Shown: positions 38,255 through 49,744, counted from the first letter of the whole stretch. The stretch is DNA of 63,216 nucleotides, filler included, from Octopus bimaculoides (GCF_001194135.2; 5 parts of 5 records of this genome joined end to end with filler, not necessarily neighbours in it); one strand, 5' to 3'. Made by a program: numbers and translations. Notes: generated by a model not told the origin, from the sequence alone.

Positions 38255-38395
38255 GAGCAGACTCCTGCTGGAGCCTCGTGGAGCTTTTAGGTGTTTTCGC
38301 TCAATAAACACTCACAACGCCCGGTCTGGGAATCGAAACCGCGATCCTATGACCGCGAGTCCGCTATCCTAACCACTGAGCCATTGCGCCTCCAC
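38255..38395 (-). mobile_element. tRNA(Arg)-like SINE family C, left member of an inverted pair
   Basis: Reverse complement gtggaggcgcaatggctcagtggttagg...actcgcgg...ggtttcgattcccagaccgggcgttgtgagtg matches 60003-. A box TGGCTCAGTGG, B box GGTTTCGATTCC, loop CTCGCGG. Confidence 0.9.
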
Positions 38396-38435
38396 TATGT
38401 CCCAGATATATTTGTACTTATCTAAATATTTGTTT

Positions 38436-38516
38436 GTGGAGGCGCAATGACCCAGTGGTTAGAGCAGCGGACTCGTGGTCGGAGGATCGCAGTTTCGATT
38501 CTCAGACCGGGCGTTG
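38436..38516 (+). mobile_element. SINE family C, right member of the inverted pair (runs into a gap)
   Basis: gtggaggcgcaatgacccagtggttag...gtttcgattctcagaccgggcgttg. Confidence 0.9.
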
Positions 38517-38618
38517 NNNNNNNNNNNNNNNNNNNNNNNNNNNNNNNNNNNNNNNNNNNNTTAATTAATTAANNNNNNNNNNNNNNNNNNNNNNNNNNNN
38601 NNNNNNNNNNNNNNNNGT

Positions 38619-38654
<36 letters not shown>

Positions 38655-38789
38655 GCAGTTTTGGTCCTGGTGCACCGGATGAGAAAATATGTGGTGATTA
38701 ATATATGGCGGTAGTGTATAAGAATTGAGTGCGATTACAAGATATGGTGTAGACAAGTAAAAATGAAGAAAAGTGCAAACATCATCATC

Positions 38790-39600
38790 ATCATCATCAT
38801 CATCATTATTATGGCTTTCTTGTACTAAGGACTGAACTTATTTCTGACCGAATCTATGTGGATAGCAGGTTACTCCCTATAAACCTTAGATATCCACATG
38901 ATTTCAATCAGCTACCAAGAGCTCGAAACCCTTGTAATCATCTTCACCTGTCCCTCTAGAGCAGGGGTTTTCAAATTGTGGTCCGCGGACCACAGGGGGT
39001 CCGCAAGGACAAGACAGGGGGTTCGTGGACAGCAAATACTTTTTATGGGCAATTTGATTTTATATATGTTTTTTAATAGAAATCTTTTAATTGACAATAA
39101 ACCTATTTGTTAAATACTATTAAATAAATAAATGTAAAAATATATGTTATTTTAAGCAAATATTTATGTATAAATTTCATAAGCGTTTATAAGGGGGTCC
39201 CTAAGGTAAAGCCTGAAATATAAAGGGGTCCTCAAGTCAAAAAGTTTGAAAACCCCTGCTCTAGAGGATATTCCATCCTAATCACCTCTATGTGATCGTC
39301 TATGTCACGAATCACATTCCTAAACGCATCAATTATCACATGTACAACCATTAGAGATTTCATGTTCCAAATCCTCACAATCTCAGATCTTAAGAGATTG
39401 TAGTTTTTCAATTTGTCGTCTACTTTTTCTCAATCCTACAATCAAACGGACATATGAATCAATCAGTCTACAAATTCGGTTTTCCTTGTCTATTACTGTA
39501 ATATCTGGTTTGCTATGTTCCATTTTCTTATCCGTTTGAATGGGATGATCCCTCAAAATCTTGCACCTTTCCTTCTAAAGTAGTCGTTCCACCCGATGAC
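38790..39600 (-). mobile_element. R4/Dong-like 3' end interrupted by a hAT MITE
   Basis: Minus strand KILRDHPIQTDKKMEHSKPDITVIDKENRIC (REL PD motif). It continues across the MITE to a (GAT)/(AAT) tail near 38790-38810. Confidence 0.7.
38962..39258. mobile_element. hAT (Charlie-type) MITE, 297 bp
   Basis: Perfect 14-bp TIR caggggttttcaaa / tttgaaaacccctg and a perfect 8-bp TSD ctctagag at 38954-38961 and 39259-39266. Confidence 0.95.
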
Positions 39601-39670
39601 TGTACTATGTTCGAAAGTAAATTATCAATGGACGGATGCGTAATTGTGAAGTATAATTTTTAACTACGCG

Positions 39671-39776
39671 TCCACTCACGAGGTTTTGGTCGGCCCAAGG
39701 TGTCACACAGTGGGACTGAACCTGGAAACATGTGGCTGGAAAGCAAGCTTCTTACAACACAGCCACTCCTGCGCCT
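39671..39776 (-). mobile_element. SINE family B 5' fragment with internal deletion
   Basis: Reverse complement aggcgcaggagtggctgtgttgtaagaagcttgc...gttcagtcccactgtgtgacaccttgggcc|gaccaaaacc. Confidence 0.8.
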
Positions 39777-39917
39777 GGTAAAGCTAAGTCGAACAGAAGC
39801 AGAAGACCAGATAATAACTCAATATTCCATCAAAAGACATAGCAGTAAGTTACGAGGGACAGATATCATGTAAGTTCATAGGATCATACAGCGGCGTTGG
39901 ATGCAAACTCAAATTGT

Positions 39918-40055
39918 ACTAATTATATTGCCCTCGAAAGAATGGAAGACAAAGTCAACCTCAGCGGTATTTGAACTCAGCACCTAGTAAGTCGGAAGAA
40001 ATACTGCAAAACATTTTCCTCGGCGGACAAACAGCTCTACCAGTTCACAGCCGCA
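39918..40055 (-). mobile_element. SINE family A (diverged)
   Basis: caaagtcaacctcagcggtatttgaactcag...ctaccagttcacagcc. Confidence 0.65.
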
Positions 40056-40312
40056 TTCTGGTAAAATGATTCCAACCAAAATGCGACATGAAAATAAAAA
40101 ATAGGTTTGTAGTTGTGGTATAGCCCCGAGTCAGACTTTATGCAGTTGAATGGCTGACAAGCGACAACATAGAAGATACCTCATTCGTTCAAGTGGTTGT
40201 AAGTTTCATTTGATGGAAGTGAAACCATCAGCGCTTCCGGTCGGTCCTTCGTGTCTGAGGTTTTGTGTTACTGTTTCGAACTAAAGCGGCTCTAATCAAA
40301 CAGCCAATGTGC

Positions 40313-40325
40313 TAGATAGATAGAC

Positions 40326-40391
<66 letters not shown>

Positions 40392-40528
40392 TTAGATAGA
40401 TAGATAGATTAAAGTGAACAGACAGACAGGCAAATACACAAATACATACAGGCTTGCATACATACTCGCATGCATACATACATACATACATACATACATA
40501 CATACATACATACATACATACATACATA
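40313..40528. repeat. (GATA)n and (CATA)n microsatellites
   Basis: Seen directly. Confidence 0.95.
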
Positions 40529-40840
40529 CCTGCAATACTAGGTGAAAAGAAACATTAAGATTTATAAGCTACTGTATTTGAACAATACGCTTACAGTCAG
40601 ATTGAAAATAAAGATATATTGCATCAAAGACTTTCTGCAAGTAATGCACCTAGCGCTTGTCTGAATATGCACATTGCAATTTATTCTCTGTGTGTGGTTA
40701 AGTAGTCTGTGTCATATATCTAAATATTCTGAACTGCGCAATAATCAAGTATGCTGCAATTTGGTGCAGTAGACACAGAAGTATTAAAACATACATATAG
40801 ACACATAGATATACGTATGTATGTGCATATATGTGCATAA

Positions 40841-41620
40841 AAACACACATGTGTATATGTGAATGCATTTGTGTACGTTTGTACGTTCACTACTGTATTT
40901 ATAAACACACATGTGTATATGTGTATGCATTTGTGTACGTTTGTATGTTCACTACTTCATTTATAAACACACATGTGTATGCATTTGTGTACGTTTGTAT
41001 GTTCACTACTGTATTAATAAACACATATGTGTATATGTGAATGCATTTGTGTACGTTTGTATGTTCACTACTGTATTAATAAACACACATGTGTATATGT
41101 GTATGCATTTGTGTACATTTGTATGTTCACTACTGTTTTTATAAACACACGTGTGTATATGTGAATGCATTCGTGTTTGTTTGTATGTTCGCTATTGTAT
41201 TTATAAACACACATGTGTATATGTGAATGCATTCGTGTACGTTTGTATGTTCACTACTTCATTTATAAACACGCATGTGTATGCATTTGTGTACGTTTGT
41301 ATGTTCACTACTGTATTAATAAACACATATGTGTATATGTGAATGCATTCGTGTACGTTTGTATGTTCACTACTGTATTAATAAACACATATGTGTATAT
41401 GTGAATGCATTCGTGTACGTTTGTATGTTCACTACTGTTTTTATAAACACACATGTGTATATGTGTATGCATTTGTGTACATTTGTATGTTCACTACTGT
41501 TTTTATAAACACACATGTGTATATGTGAATGCGTTTGTGTACATTTATATGTTCACTACTGTTTTTATAAACACACATGTGTATATGTGAATGCATTTGT
41601 GTACGGTTGTACTTTCACTA
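40841..41620 (+). repeat. Minisatellite of about 13 units of 62 bp (two 54-bp variants)
   Basis: Unit aaacacacatgtgtatatgtgaatgcatttgtgtacgtttgtatgttcactactgtatttat, contiguous with no unique spacers. Confidence 0.95.
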
Positions 41621-41789
41621 GTTTTTAATTATTTCATTTCTTCCTTTGACTAAGGAGCTGGTTTCTAACCAAGATACAAATGTCCATCGTTGGAAAATGC
41701 AATGTTACACTTTAAACTTGAGCAATGTCTTCCATATTCTTACTGTTACACTTACAGATTTTATTTGTAATGTGCGAGTTAGTTGACTG

Positions 41790-42200
41790 GTGTATTTTTC
41801 TGAAAACCCTCACTTATTCAGATTGTCACATAGGCATTTACTCACAAAACCAAGGGCACCAATAATTCTTGGTATAAATTTGAATTTTTAATCTGGATAT
41901 CGAACCTGGGTGTTTCGAAACAGATGTCCTTAATTATGCTTTTTTCTCCTTGATTTTCAGAGATCTTCACATCAGAAGGACCGTTGACCTCTATGACGGT
42001 ACATACTTCTCCTTGTCTGTCCCAAACAATAATATCGGGCCCGTTATGTTTGTAATTGATGGGAGTATTCCACCAGTATTCCATGTGTTGACGTTTGCGT
42101 AAGTATTCAAAAACAAGGGGATACTCTATATTTAATCTTTTATTTCCCGAATGGTATTGTGTATTGTTTTCGTGGCAACATCGTGTCGCATTGAGATATA
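41790..42200 (-). mobile_element. REL-type non-LTR retrotransposon 3' fragment (family distinct from the Dong-like copies)
   Basis: EYWWNTPINYKHNGPDIIVWDRQGEVCTVIEVNGPSDVKI..EK. Same family as 51040-51495. Confidence 0.75.
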
Positions 42201-42720
42201 TATGCATTTATGTATGTATGTATGTATGTATGTATGTATGTATGTATGTATGTCTGTATGTATGTATGTATGTATGTATATGTTCATAACCAAGAAAATC
42301 CTTTCTGCGTGTTCCCTGTAGTTTGACGTTTGTCTTTTATGTCTCGGAGATTAACCAGATTAGTAGTTTTATCCTTTGTAGGCCTTGGGGGTGAGGTTTA
42401 TTAAGCCAATATTGGAATAAAATCCGCATTTACAGCGAAAACACATAACTACAGAATCAGGATCCGGTGCTACTCTTGCTTTTCGTGCAACCCTCCTCTT
42501 TTAAGTTTCTCTTATCATTTCTGCTTCTGAGTTCTGTACCCAGGAGTACACAGCACTGCGCTTCAGTGAGCGATTTTGAGCGAGCTTGAGCGAAATGTTC
42601 CCGGGTAGATTGTTTCAAATTATACTTCACCGAAGCCATCTTGAAAGTACTTTCGATTATCCACTTTGGTCCACCACGTGACTAACAGCAACTCCTAATT
42701 CGACAAAGAAAATCTGCTTG

Positions 42721-42962
42721 TAGTGGTTCTCAATGGGATCCATATGGTCCTCGATGAGTCCATATAAGATTTTATTGTTAAAATTTATCTGCAATAAATC
42801 GGCTATCCTTCTACAATATACAAAATATTTTAACATATTTTTGATACAATACTAGATAATATTTGATTATAAAAAATATAATAGGATTTTCTTTTAAACA
42901 TCGAATGGCAATAGGGGTCCAGTAGAGTACAATAGGAATCAAAAAATGGTTGAAAAACACTG
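42721..42962. mobile_element. Degenerate hAT-type MITE
   Basis: Ends tagtggttctcaa / ttgaaaaacactg (CAGTGGTT-type TIR) with internal gggtcc motifs like the 38962 MITE. No matching TSD. Confidence 0.55.
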
Positions 42963-43020
42963 GTTAGGGAGTCTGGAGTCGGACATACGCGATACATGTC
43001 CACTCCAACGCCGATGGAAT
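42963..43020 (-). pseudogene. RTE-clade LINE fragment
   Basis: RRWSGHVSRMSDSRLPNQ matches LRW.GHV.RM.D.RLPKQ. Confidence 0.65.
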
Positions 43021-43399
43021 TTACTTGAGGAAGCATACATGGTTAACAAATTAGATTTTCCTAATATGTATCCAAGCAAATCTTTTTTGATTGTGCACTG
43101 TGGTTTATATATGGTAACAATAGCCCGTATATATTTTATTTCGATAATAATGTCTTCTTCAATAACTTTCATCTTTAATTGCCATTAGACATAAAACAGC
43201 AAAAGTTAGCAAACCCATTCGTATGTGTTCTTATACATATTTAATATCACCATTTCCGATCGTGTATAGATTCACTACCATTATATAAACTGATTTATGC
43301 ATCGAGGTATGTTTTGTTTTGCGTCTTCAGGAATATGCATTCACACCTTTACTTATCTATCATTTTCCTTCCCATGCTCCCTCCCTATATATATATATT

Positions 43400-43575
43400 T
43401 ACAGAAAACAAAAGATGAAGACAGGTGTAGGAACAGCAAGCAGGTGCATTAGGTTGACGCTCGGAAAGAATGCAAAAATCTTTTAAGTTTCGAGCCTACG
43501 CTCTTCGACAGAAAGGGTCAAGAGGGAAAAAAACAGAGAAAATGAAAAAAAAAAAAAGAACAGAGAGAAAAAGTA
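43400..43575 (-). mobile_element. Short repeat carrying a hammerhead-like motif (copy 2)
   Basis: 43479-43516 minus: CCUUU-CUGUCGA-A-GAGC-GUAG-GCUC-GAA-ACUU-A-AAAGA. Flanks are collinear with 35695-35830 and the 3' end runs into (TA)n. Confidence 0.65.
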
Positions 43576-44493
43576 TGTGCAAGANNNNNNNNNNNNNNNN
43601 NNNNNNNNNNNNNNNNNNNNNNNNNNNNNNNNNNNNNNNNNNNNNNNNNNNNNNNNNNNNNNNNNNNNNNNNNNNNNNNNNNNNNNNNNNNNNNNNNNNN
43701 NNNNNNNNNNNNNNNNNNNNNNNNNNNNNNNNNNNNNNNNNNNNNNNNTATATATATATACATAAATGCATATATTAGTCATAGGACTCAATAGGACCTA
43801 GGCACATCAACACGACATGTAGGAAATTAGGAAATTGTTACAGAGGTTTAAAGTTTGATAATTTTTACCTAATCAGAAAACAGGATCTGGAAGCTATCAT
43901 TTTCTGCGTGATAGCTGTCTGTAATAAAATGAAAGTAAGATAAGACGACGAAGTTTTAAACAAAATGAAAGCTACTACACGCCATATCAAGAGTGAGAGC
44001 GGATAGCAGCATCCATGCGAGATATACATTTACACAGAGAGAAAGGGGGGAGAGTGACAGTGTGGTAAATATATAGGAGGGAGACTGAGAGACCTAGATA
44101 TAGTCAGTTAGAGAGTGGTAGAATTGGTGATCTGAAAGCGGAGTTATTTCTCGTAGCAAATAATATTTTTTATTCATCTTAACCGATAACCGTGTCTTTG
44201 GGACGCAGATTTCGAAATCGCATCCGTTTTTCTCGAGAACGATCTGTTTAGGAGCCTTTCCATGACATATGTGCACATATACTCTCATTATACATACATA
44301 TACTGCCATTTATGCAATATATATATATATATATATATATATNNNNNNNNNNNNNNNNNNNNNNNNNNNNNNNNNNNNNNNNNNNNTTAATTAATTAANN
44401 NNNNNNNNNNNNNNNNNNNNNNNNNNNNNNNNNNNNNNNNNNATATATATATATATATATATACATACATATATACAAAAGGATACATTCAGT

Positions 44494-44724
44494 TTCTTAT
44501 TTCTTTATTTCCCACAAGGGGCTAAGCATAGAGAGGACAAACAAGGACAGACAAACAGATTACATCAACCCCAGTACGTAACTGGTACTTAATTTATCGA
44601 TCCCGTAAGGATGAAACTCAATGTTGACCTCGGAGGAATTTGAACTCAGAACGTAACAGCAGACGAAATACCGATAAGCATTTCCCCCGGCGTGCTAACC
44701 GCCTTATTGCCAGCTCACCGCCTT
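44494..44724 (-). mobile_element. SINE family A, full length (tail type 1)
   Basis: Collinear with 57366-57598 along its whole length. Confidence 0.9.
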
Positions 44725-44769
44725 ATTGTTTCAGTTTCTGCCTACCAAATGCACTAGCAAGGCTTTGGT

Positions 44770-45750
44770 CTCCCAATCAGCACCAACGCGAGCATTAAAA
44801 TCACCTAAAATGACAACTTTGTTATCAGGTGGGATACTGCTTATAATCTCTGTAAGTGAAAGCTACAAGGCACGTTTATCATCCTCTGATGGGTTTATTG
44901 TTGGAGCATATGTATTTATGGGTGCTCCATAACGACCTTTTCACAACGGAAGTCTTAAAGATTTCAAACGATTAGAACGACCACATGGTAGTTCCTCAAG
45001 TTTTGAAACCAAATCTCACTCCTGATTCTCTCTTATAGGTCTCATCTCTATTGCTCCAAAATAAACGATACCCAGCAGCTTTTTCTACAAAATTCTCTTT
45101 ACCATGAATTCTTGTCTCGGCTAACACTACAACATCTATATCATATCACTGTAACTCTTTTGCAACAAGCGTGGATCGTCTCTCCAGATGAGATTTCAGA
45201 CAATCATTGACTAATAAAGTTCGAACATTTCAACATCCTATATTCATAGGCTTACATCCTAACCTGAATTTACTCACAGTTTCAGGATGACAACTGGACC
45301 CAGGCTGTGGTGCCCTGGGACACCCACCGGGCCAGACCACAGAACAAAATGTTCCAGAGCCCTTTTTGTCATTTGCTTCAGTATCAATATCAACTTTCAT
45401 TGTTTGGTTGTGCCTTTTTAGGCTTCGGCCAGCCAAGTACATACAAGATGTTCATTTCTTCTTCCTCTCTAACAATACCTGCACTTGACGCTTTTTAAAG
45501 AGAAGAAAAGTTTTGCACAGAAACCATTCCCGCCCTGTAAAGTTACAAAGCATGATCCAAAAAGAAGAGCAAGTGGACATATTTGGGAGCATTTGCAGTC
45601 GCAGGTTTTATATCTGTATCTCTTTCTCTCAGTTTTTGCCCAATCAAAGGCTAACTACAAGATAGAAGTGAAGTATTTAAATCCAGAATTACCTTCTCCG
45701 AGATAGGCTGCTTTCGCTACGGCTTGAGTTAACAAAGAAGCTCCATCTAC
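44770..45750 (-). mobile_element. RTE-clade LINE 5' portion (UTR and APE endonuclease)
   Basis: MNIGC*NVRTLL...RRSTLVAKELQ*YDIDVVVLAETR...GYRLFWS...YAPT...KVVILGDFNARVG. Confidence 0.85.
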
Positions 45751-45934
45751 CCTTTATCTATTTATCATTCAAAAAAAGGGTAGAATAAAAGAAAAATTAA
45801 AAACTGAGACACATTTGAGTAAAAATAAGAATAAGAATTGAGATACAATATATACAATTTAAAACAATATATATATACAAAATACACACATACAATTTGA
45901 AAAACAATATATACAATATATATATATACATACA

Positions 45935-46033
45935 CACACACAAACACTCCACACACAAGTCCACAAACACACAAACACTCCACACACAAGTCCACAAACA
46001 CACAAACACTCCACACACAAGTCCACAAACACA
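45935..46033 (+). repeat. 31-bp minisatellite x3
   Basis: acacacaaacactccacacacaagtccacaa repeated three times. Confidence 0.9.
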
Positions 46034-46334
46034 CGTTGTTGAATGGTCGTTGACTACACTATAGCTCTTTGGGACTTTGACGGGTCTTAATTTTTGTCTC
46101 ACACGATGTTTAGTCACCGACGATACGACCATGTAACAGGTTGTATTGGAATTACATGATACCAGTAGCGCTCAAGAGCGAGCTGACACACACACACACA
46201 CATACACACACACACACGCGCGCGCGCACACACACACACACATACATACACACACACACACGTACGCACGCACGCACGTACACACACACTCACACACACA
46301 TATACATACATACATACACAGATACATACCTACA

Positions 46335-46366
<32 letters not shown>

Positions 46367-46491
46367 AAATACAGAAATATTTTATTCTCAAACGCATGAT
46401 AATGCTAATATAATATCATGAACAGGATAAACTATTCATATATTGCAGAAAAATTCGTTACCTGCCACCCATGAGACATATATATAATTAA

Positions 46492-46593
46492 ACCTTGGGA
46501 GAGGCATTATGCCGGTAATAAACACACGCACTGGTTCAGTCCTTTATTAATTTATTTATTAGATTATTACCGGCATAATGTCTCTCCCAAGGT
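46492..46593. mobile_element. Tiny fold-back MITE flanked by TTAA
   Basis: Arms aattaaaccttgggagaggcattatgccggtaataa (46486-46521) and 46564-46599, one mismatch in 36 bp, 42-bp spacer. TTAA at 46488-46491 and 46594-46597. Confidence 0.75.
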
Positions 46594-46657
46594 TTAATTG
46601 TATTTCTTTCAACACACGTATCCACATCAAGAATCTTGCACACGAAATACACATACG

Positions 46658-46706
<49 letters not shown>

Positions 46707-46831
46707 ATGTATGTATGTATGTATGCATGTATGTATGCATGTATGTATGCATGTATGTATGCATGTATTATGTATGTATCCATGTATGTACGTATGTATG
46801 CATGTATGTATATACAAACATAACACACACG

Positions 46832-46910
<79 letters not shown>

Positions 46911-47473
46911 TGCAGTGTCAGATCATGGGAAATATAGAGACAAAGATTAGTAAATGTAAAAATCAGTAACGTTACGAGCAGCATATTTTGCAATATTTAG
47001 TTATTTATTTAGAGTAAGCTTGTTTCTCTTTTAATTTCATAGGTCATCGCCGTCGAATTCAAGCTTGATTTCTTAGGAATTGATGCATAAGTAACCTTCA
47101 TTTCCCTGGCCGATCCACTGAACTGTACAATTCCGTAATATATCTGGACTTGCGATTACTCTGTAATTCAATTCTTAAACTTAATGTGAAAAATAATTGT
47201 TCAAAGTATTTGCATCTGGATTTATTAGGATGTGTGTTTGAACTTCTGCAATGTGAATAAGTTAATAAAAAAACGTTTCAAAAGATGATTTTCCCAATGA
47301 AGAACAAAGAGAAGAAAGAAAGAAAAGAAAGATTATGTTAACTGTCTCACCAACATTAGTCATTCATACATCTTTTCTGGCGCTCAGTTTTCTTTAACTT
47401 TTTTCTTTCTTTAGCCTCAGTAAATATTGATTTCAAGGTTTGACACGGGGACAACAATATCAGAAGAGTGGGC

Positions 47474-47616
47474 AAGTCGATTTCATCGACCCCAGTACAC
47501 AACTGATGCTCATTTTATCGACCCCAAATGAATGAATGGTAAAATCGACTTCGGCGGACGAAACGCCTCGAAGCATTTTGCCCAGCGTGCTAACATTTCT
47601 ACCAGCTCACCGCCTT
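47474..47616 (-). mobile_element. SINE family A (diverged)
   Basis: aagtcgatttcatcgaccccagt...ccagctcaccgcctt. Confidence 0.8.
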
Positions 47617-47659
47617 AGCAAGTATCAAAACAAATTTTTAGAAATATTATTGTAAACCT

Positions 47660-49090
47660 TCTCTGCTGAGGTCTCGAGCACCGCCATTCGAATGAGAGGT
47701 GGTGATGATTTTCACTCTACTACTAGCGATCTATTCAAAGGAAGTCAAAGGAACTAGTGAAAATCTTTCAACAATCAGGAGAATCATGAAGTGAATTGGG
47801 GGTTAAACATCAGCAATCCTATTCTTAGTAGACCTTGCAAAAATTTTTGACTCTGTATTTCGACATAAAATAGAGCAAAATCTTCTTAGATACTTCTTGT
47901 CAAAAGAAATGTTCTAAGCAGTAATGATGATCTACAATAATACCAATCCTAAAACTTCGATCACTTGATGAAGACATCGATTTCATTGTCATTATTGCCG
48001 GTGTCATTCAAGGCGATACACTTGGTCCATTCCCGTTTATCATCTGCCTTGAAAACATCCTTCGTATTTCATTGACAAAAGTTGAAACATATTCTCTTTG
48101 ACAAAATCCATCTCAACTCACTACTCAGTCACAACAATAACATACGGATTATGCAATGACATCGTTCTGGTTGCTAACAACCATTTACATTTACTGCCCT
48201 ACCATATGAATTTGAGAAAACGGTTGGAACTATTAGTTTTCATGTCAACATCACAAAAGCTAAAATACTTCTTGTTCAATCAGGGAGACTCAATGAACGC
48301 AATTAAAAAAAAAATCCCCTAAAAGATGACGTACACTTAGGCAGCAACATAGCATCTACAGAAAAGGATATAAAACTTTATTTCTGTTATGTCTCAAACT
48401 ACTGCTATCTAGCACCTTCGGATAATCTCTACTCAACCGCTACACAACTGCTACTCGACTGCTACTCAGCACACCTACCACGGCCAGACTACCTATATTT
48501 ATGTGTCTTGGGAGATCCTACTTCTTCGCCTGGGGGCATCGACACAACAGTTTCCCAAACGTTTGGAAAATTCTTGATATCTGAAAATCACTACTATTAA
48601 ATGATCTTAAAAGAAGTTTCTTCAATGCTTCAGTGAAATCAGGGCTATTTTGTTGATCAACAACTTACCAAACACGCAGTGACATGGCTTGATGGAGCGT
48701 GTACCTGCATGTTGCAGGACGCTCTGAATATCTAGAAGAACAACTCCCAGTCACATTAACACACCAGGCAACAGTTTTCTATTCACTGATGTTATGAAAG
48801 AGAGAGACAGAGAAACAGAGGCAGACAGAAAGAGAGACAGACAGATAGAGGCAGACAAACAGACATGCATATACACACATAGGCGTGCACATTGTGGGAC
48901 ACTGTTGGAGGGGTAACCCAGAACGCCACACTTTTTCGAAGCATCATGAGAGATATAATCAAGACACGCTTCCCCCAAATCTCTACTACTTTGCACAAAC
49001 AAACGATTTTACTCCACTGGCATATCAAACACTATGTAGAATGCAAGTGGTAATTCAGGCAAATCAAAGCAGGGCATAATGGAGATGTGA
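47660..49090 (+). mobile_element. RTE-clade LINE RT and 3' relic, interrupted by a 170-bp insertion and a microsatellite
   Basis: AGVIQGDTLGPFPFIICL, a DYADDI-like motif, YLGSNIASTEKDI; after 48550 LKRSFFNASV...LDGACTCMLQDALNI; after 48880 VGHCWRG. Confidence 0.75.
48385..48550 (+). repeat. ~170-bp interspersed repeat (second copy inverted at 53598-53789)
   Basis: ctgttatgtctcaa.ctactgctatctagcaccttcggat...gggagatccta.ttcttcgcctggggg..tcgacacaaca. Internal ctactc-type subrepeats differ in copy number between the copies. Confidence 0.85.
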
Positions 49091-49164
49091 GATAAATTAC
49101 GTATAGGACAGAATGTTTGAATTTCATATCAAACTTCTCTATAGGAAAAAAAAAACCCGTGTAG

Positions 49165-49198
<34 letters not shown>

Positions 49199-49744
49199 TT
49201 GACATTTACTTTCCTATTTCGTATCTTTCTAAACTATGGCTTCTTTGGAAATTTGAGTCGAAATAAGGTTCCCGCAGGCCATTCGTTTATGGTTCACTGC
49301 TTCTCAAGCGAGCAGACTGACAGGAGTCATCTATACAGGTGCACTTTATAATTCTTCTGGCTCATCCATTTTTCAGGTAGTCGCTCATCTTTCTTTCTTT
49401 CTCCATTTTCACCAATGATGTCTATACGCTATAGAAATCACAGCAGCTCGGTCATGCGATGCAGTGATATAAATTGCTTATACTTTTAGCTTGCATTGTA
49501 TGTCTCAAAGTGCAATATTAGTTTGAATGAACATCCTTTCATTGGGAAAAGTATTAACTTATGCTCATATGAAATAAAGCATGCCGAATATACTGTGAGA
49601 CACAAGGGGACATTGTTTGTTTAAATTAAATAAAGTGAATCCACCTGCGATGATTGCATTTTCAAACATTTCTTTTAATCTTTGATATTGAAATTTCTTC
49701 CGATAAACTGTAGTTATATGACCTAAGGTAATATAGATTTCAAA

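Noticed and set aside
40841-41620. CRISPR-like array
   Set aside because: Units are contiguous with no unique spacers, there are no cas genes and the context is eukaryotic; it is a minisatellite.
43297-43341. Possible decayed hammerhead on the minus strand (ctgaaga...aaaacatacctc)
   Set aside because: It needs changes at G12 and G16.2 and has no convincing stem II; insufficient support.
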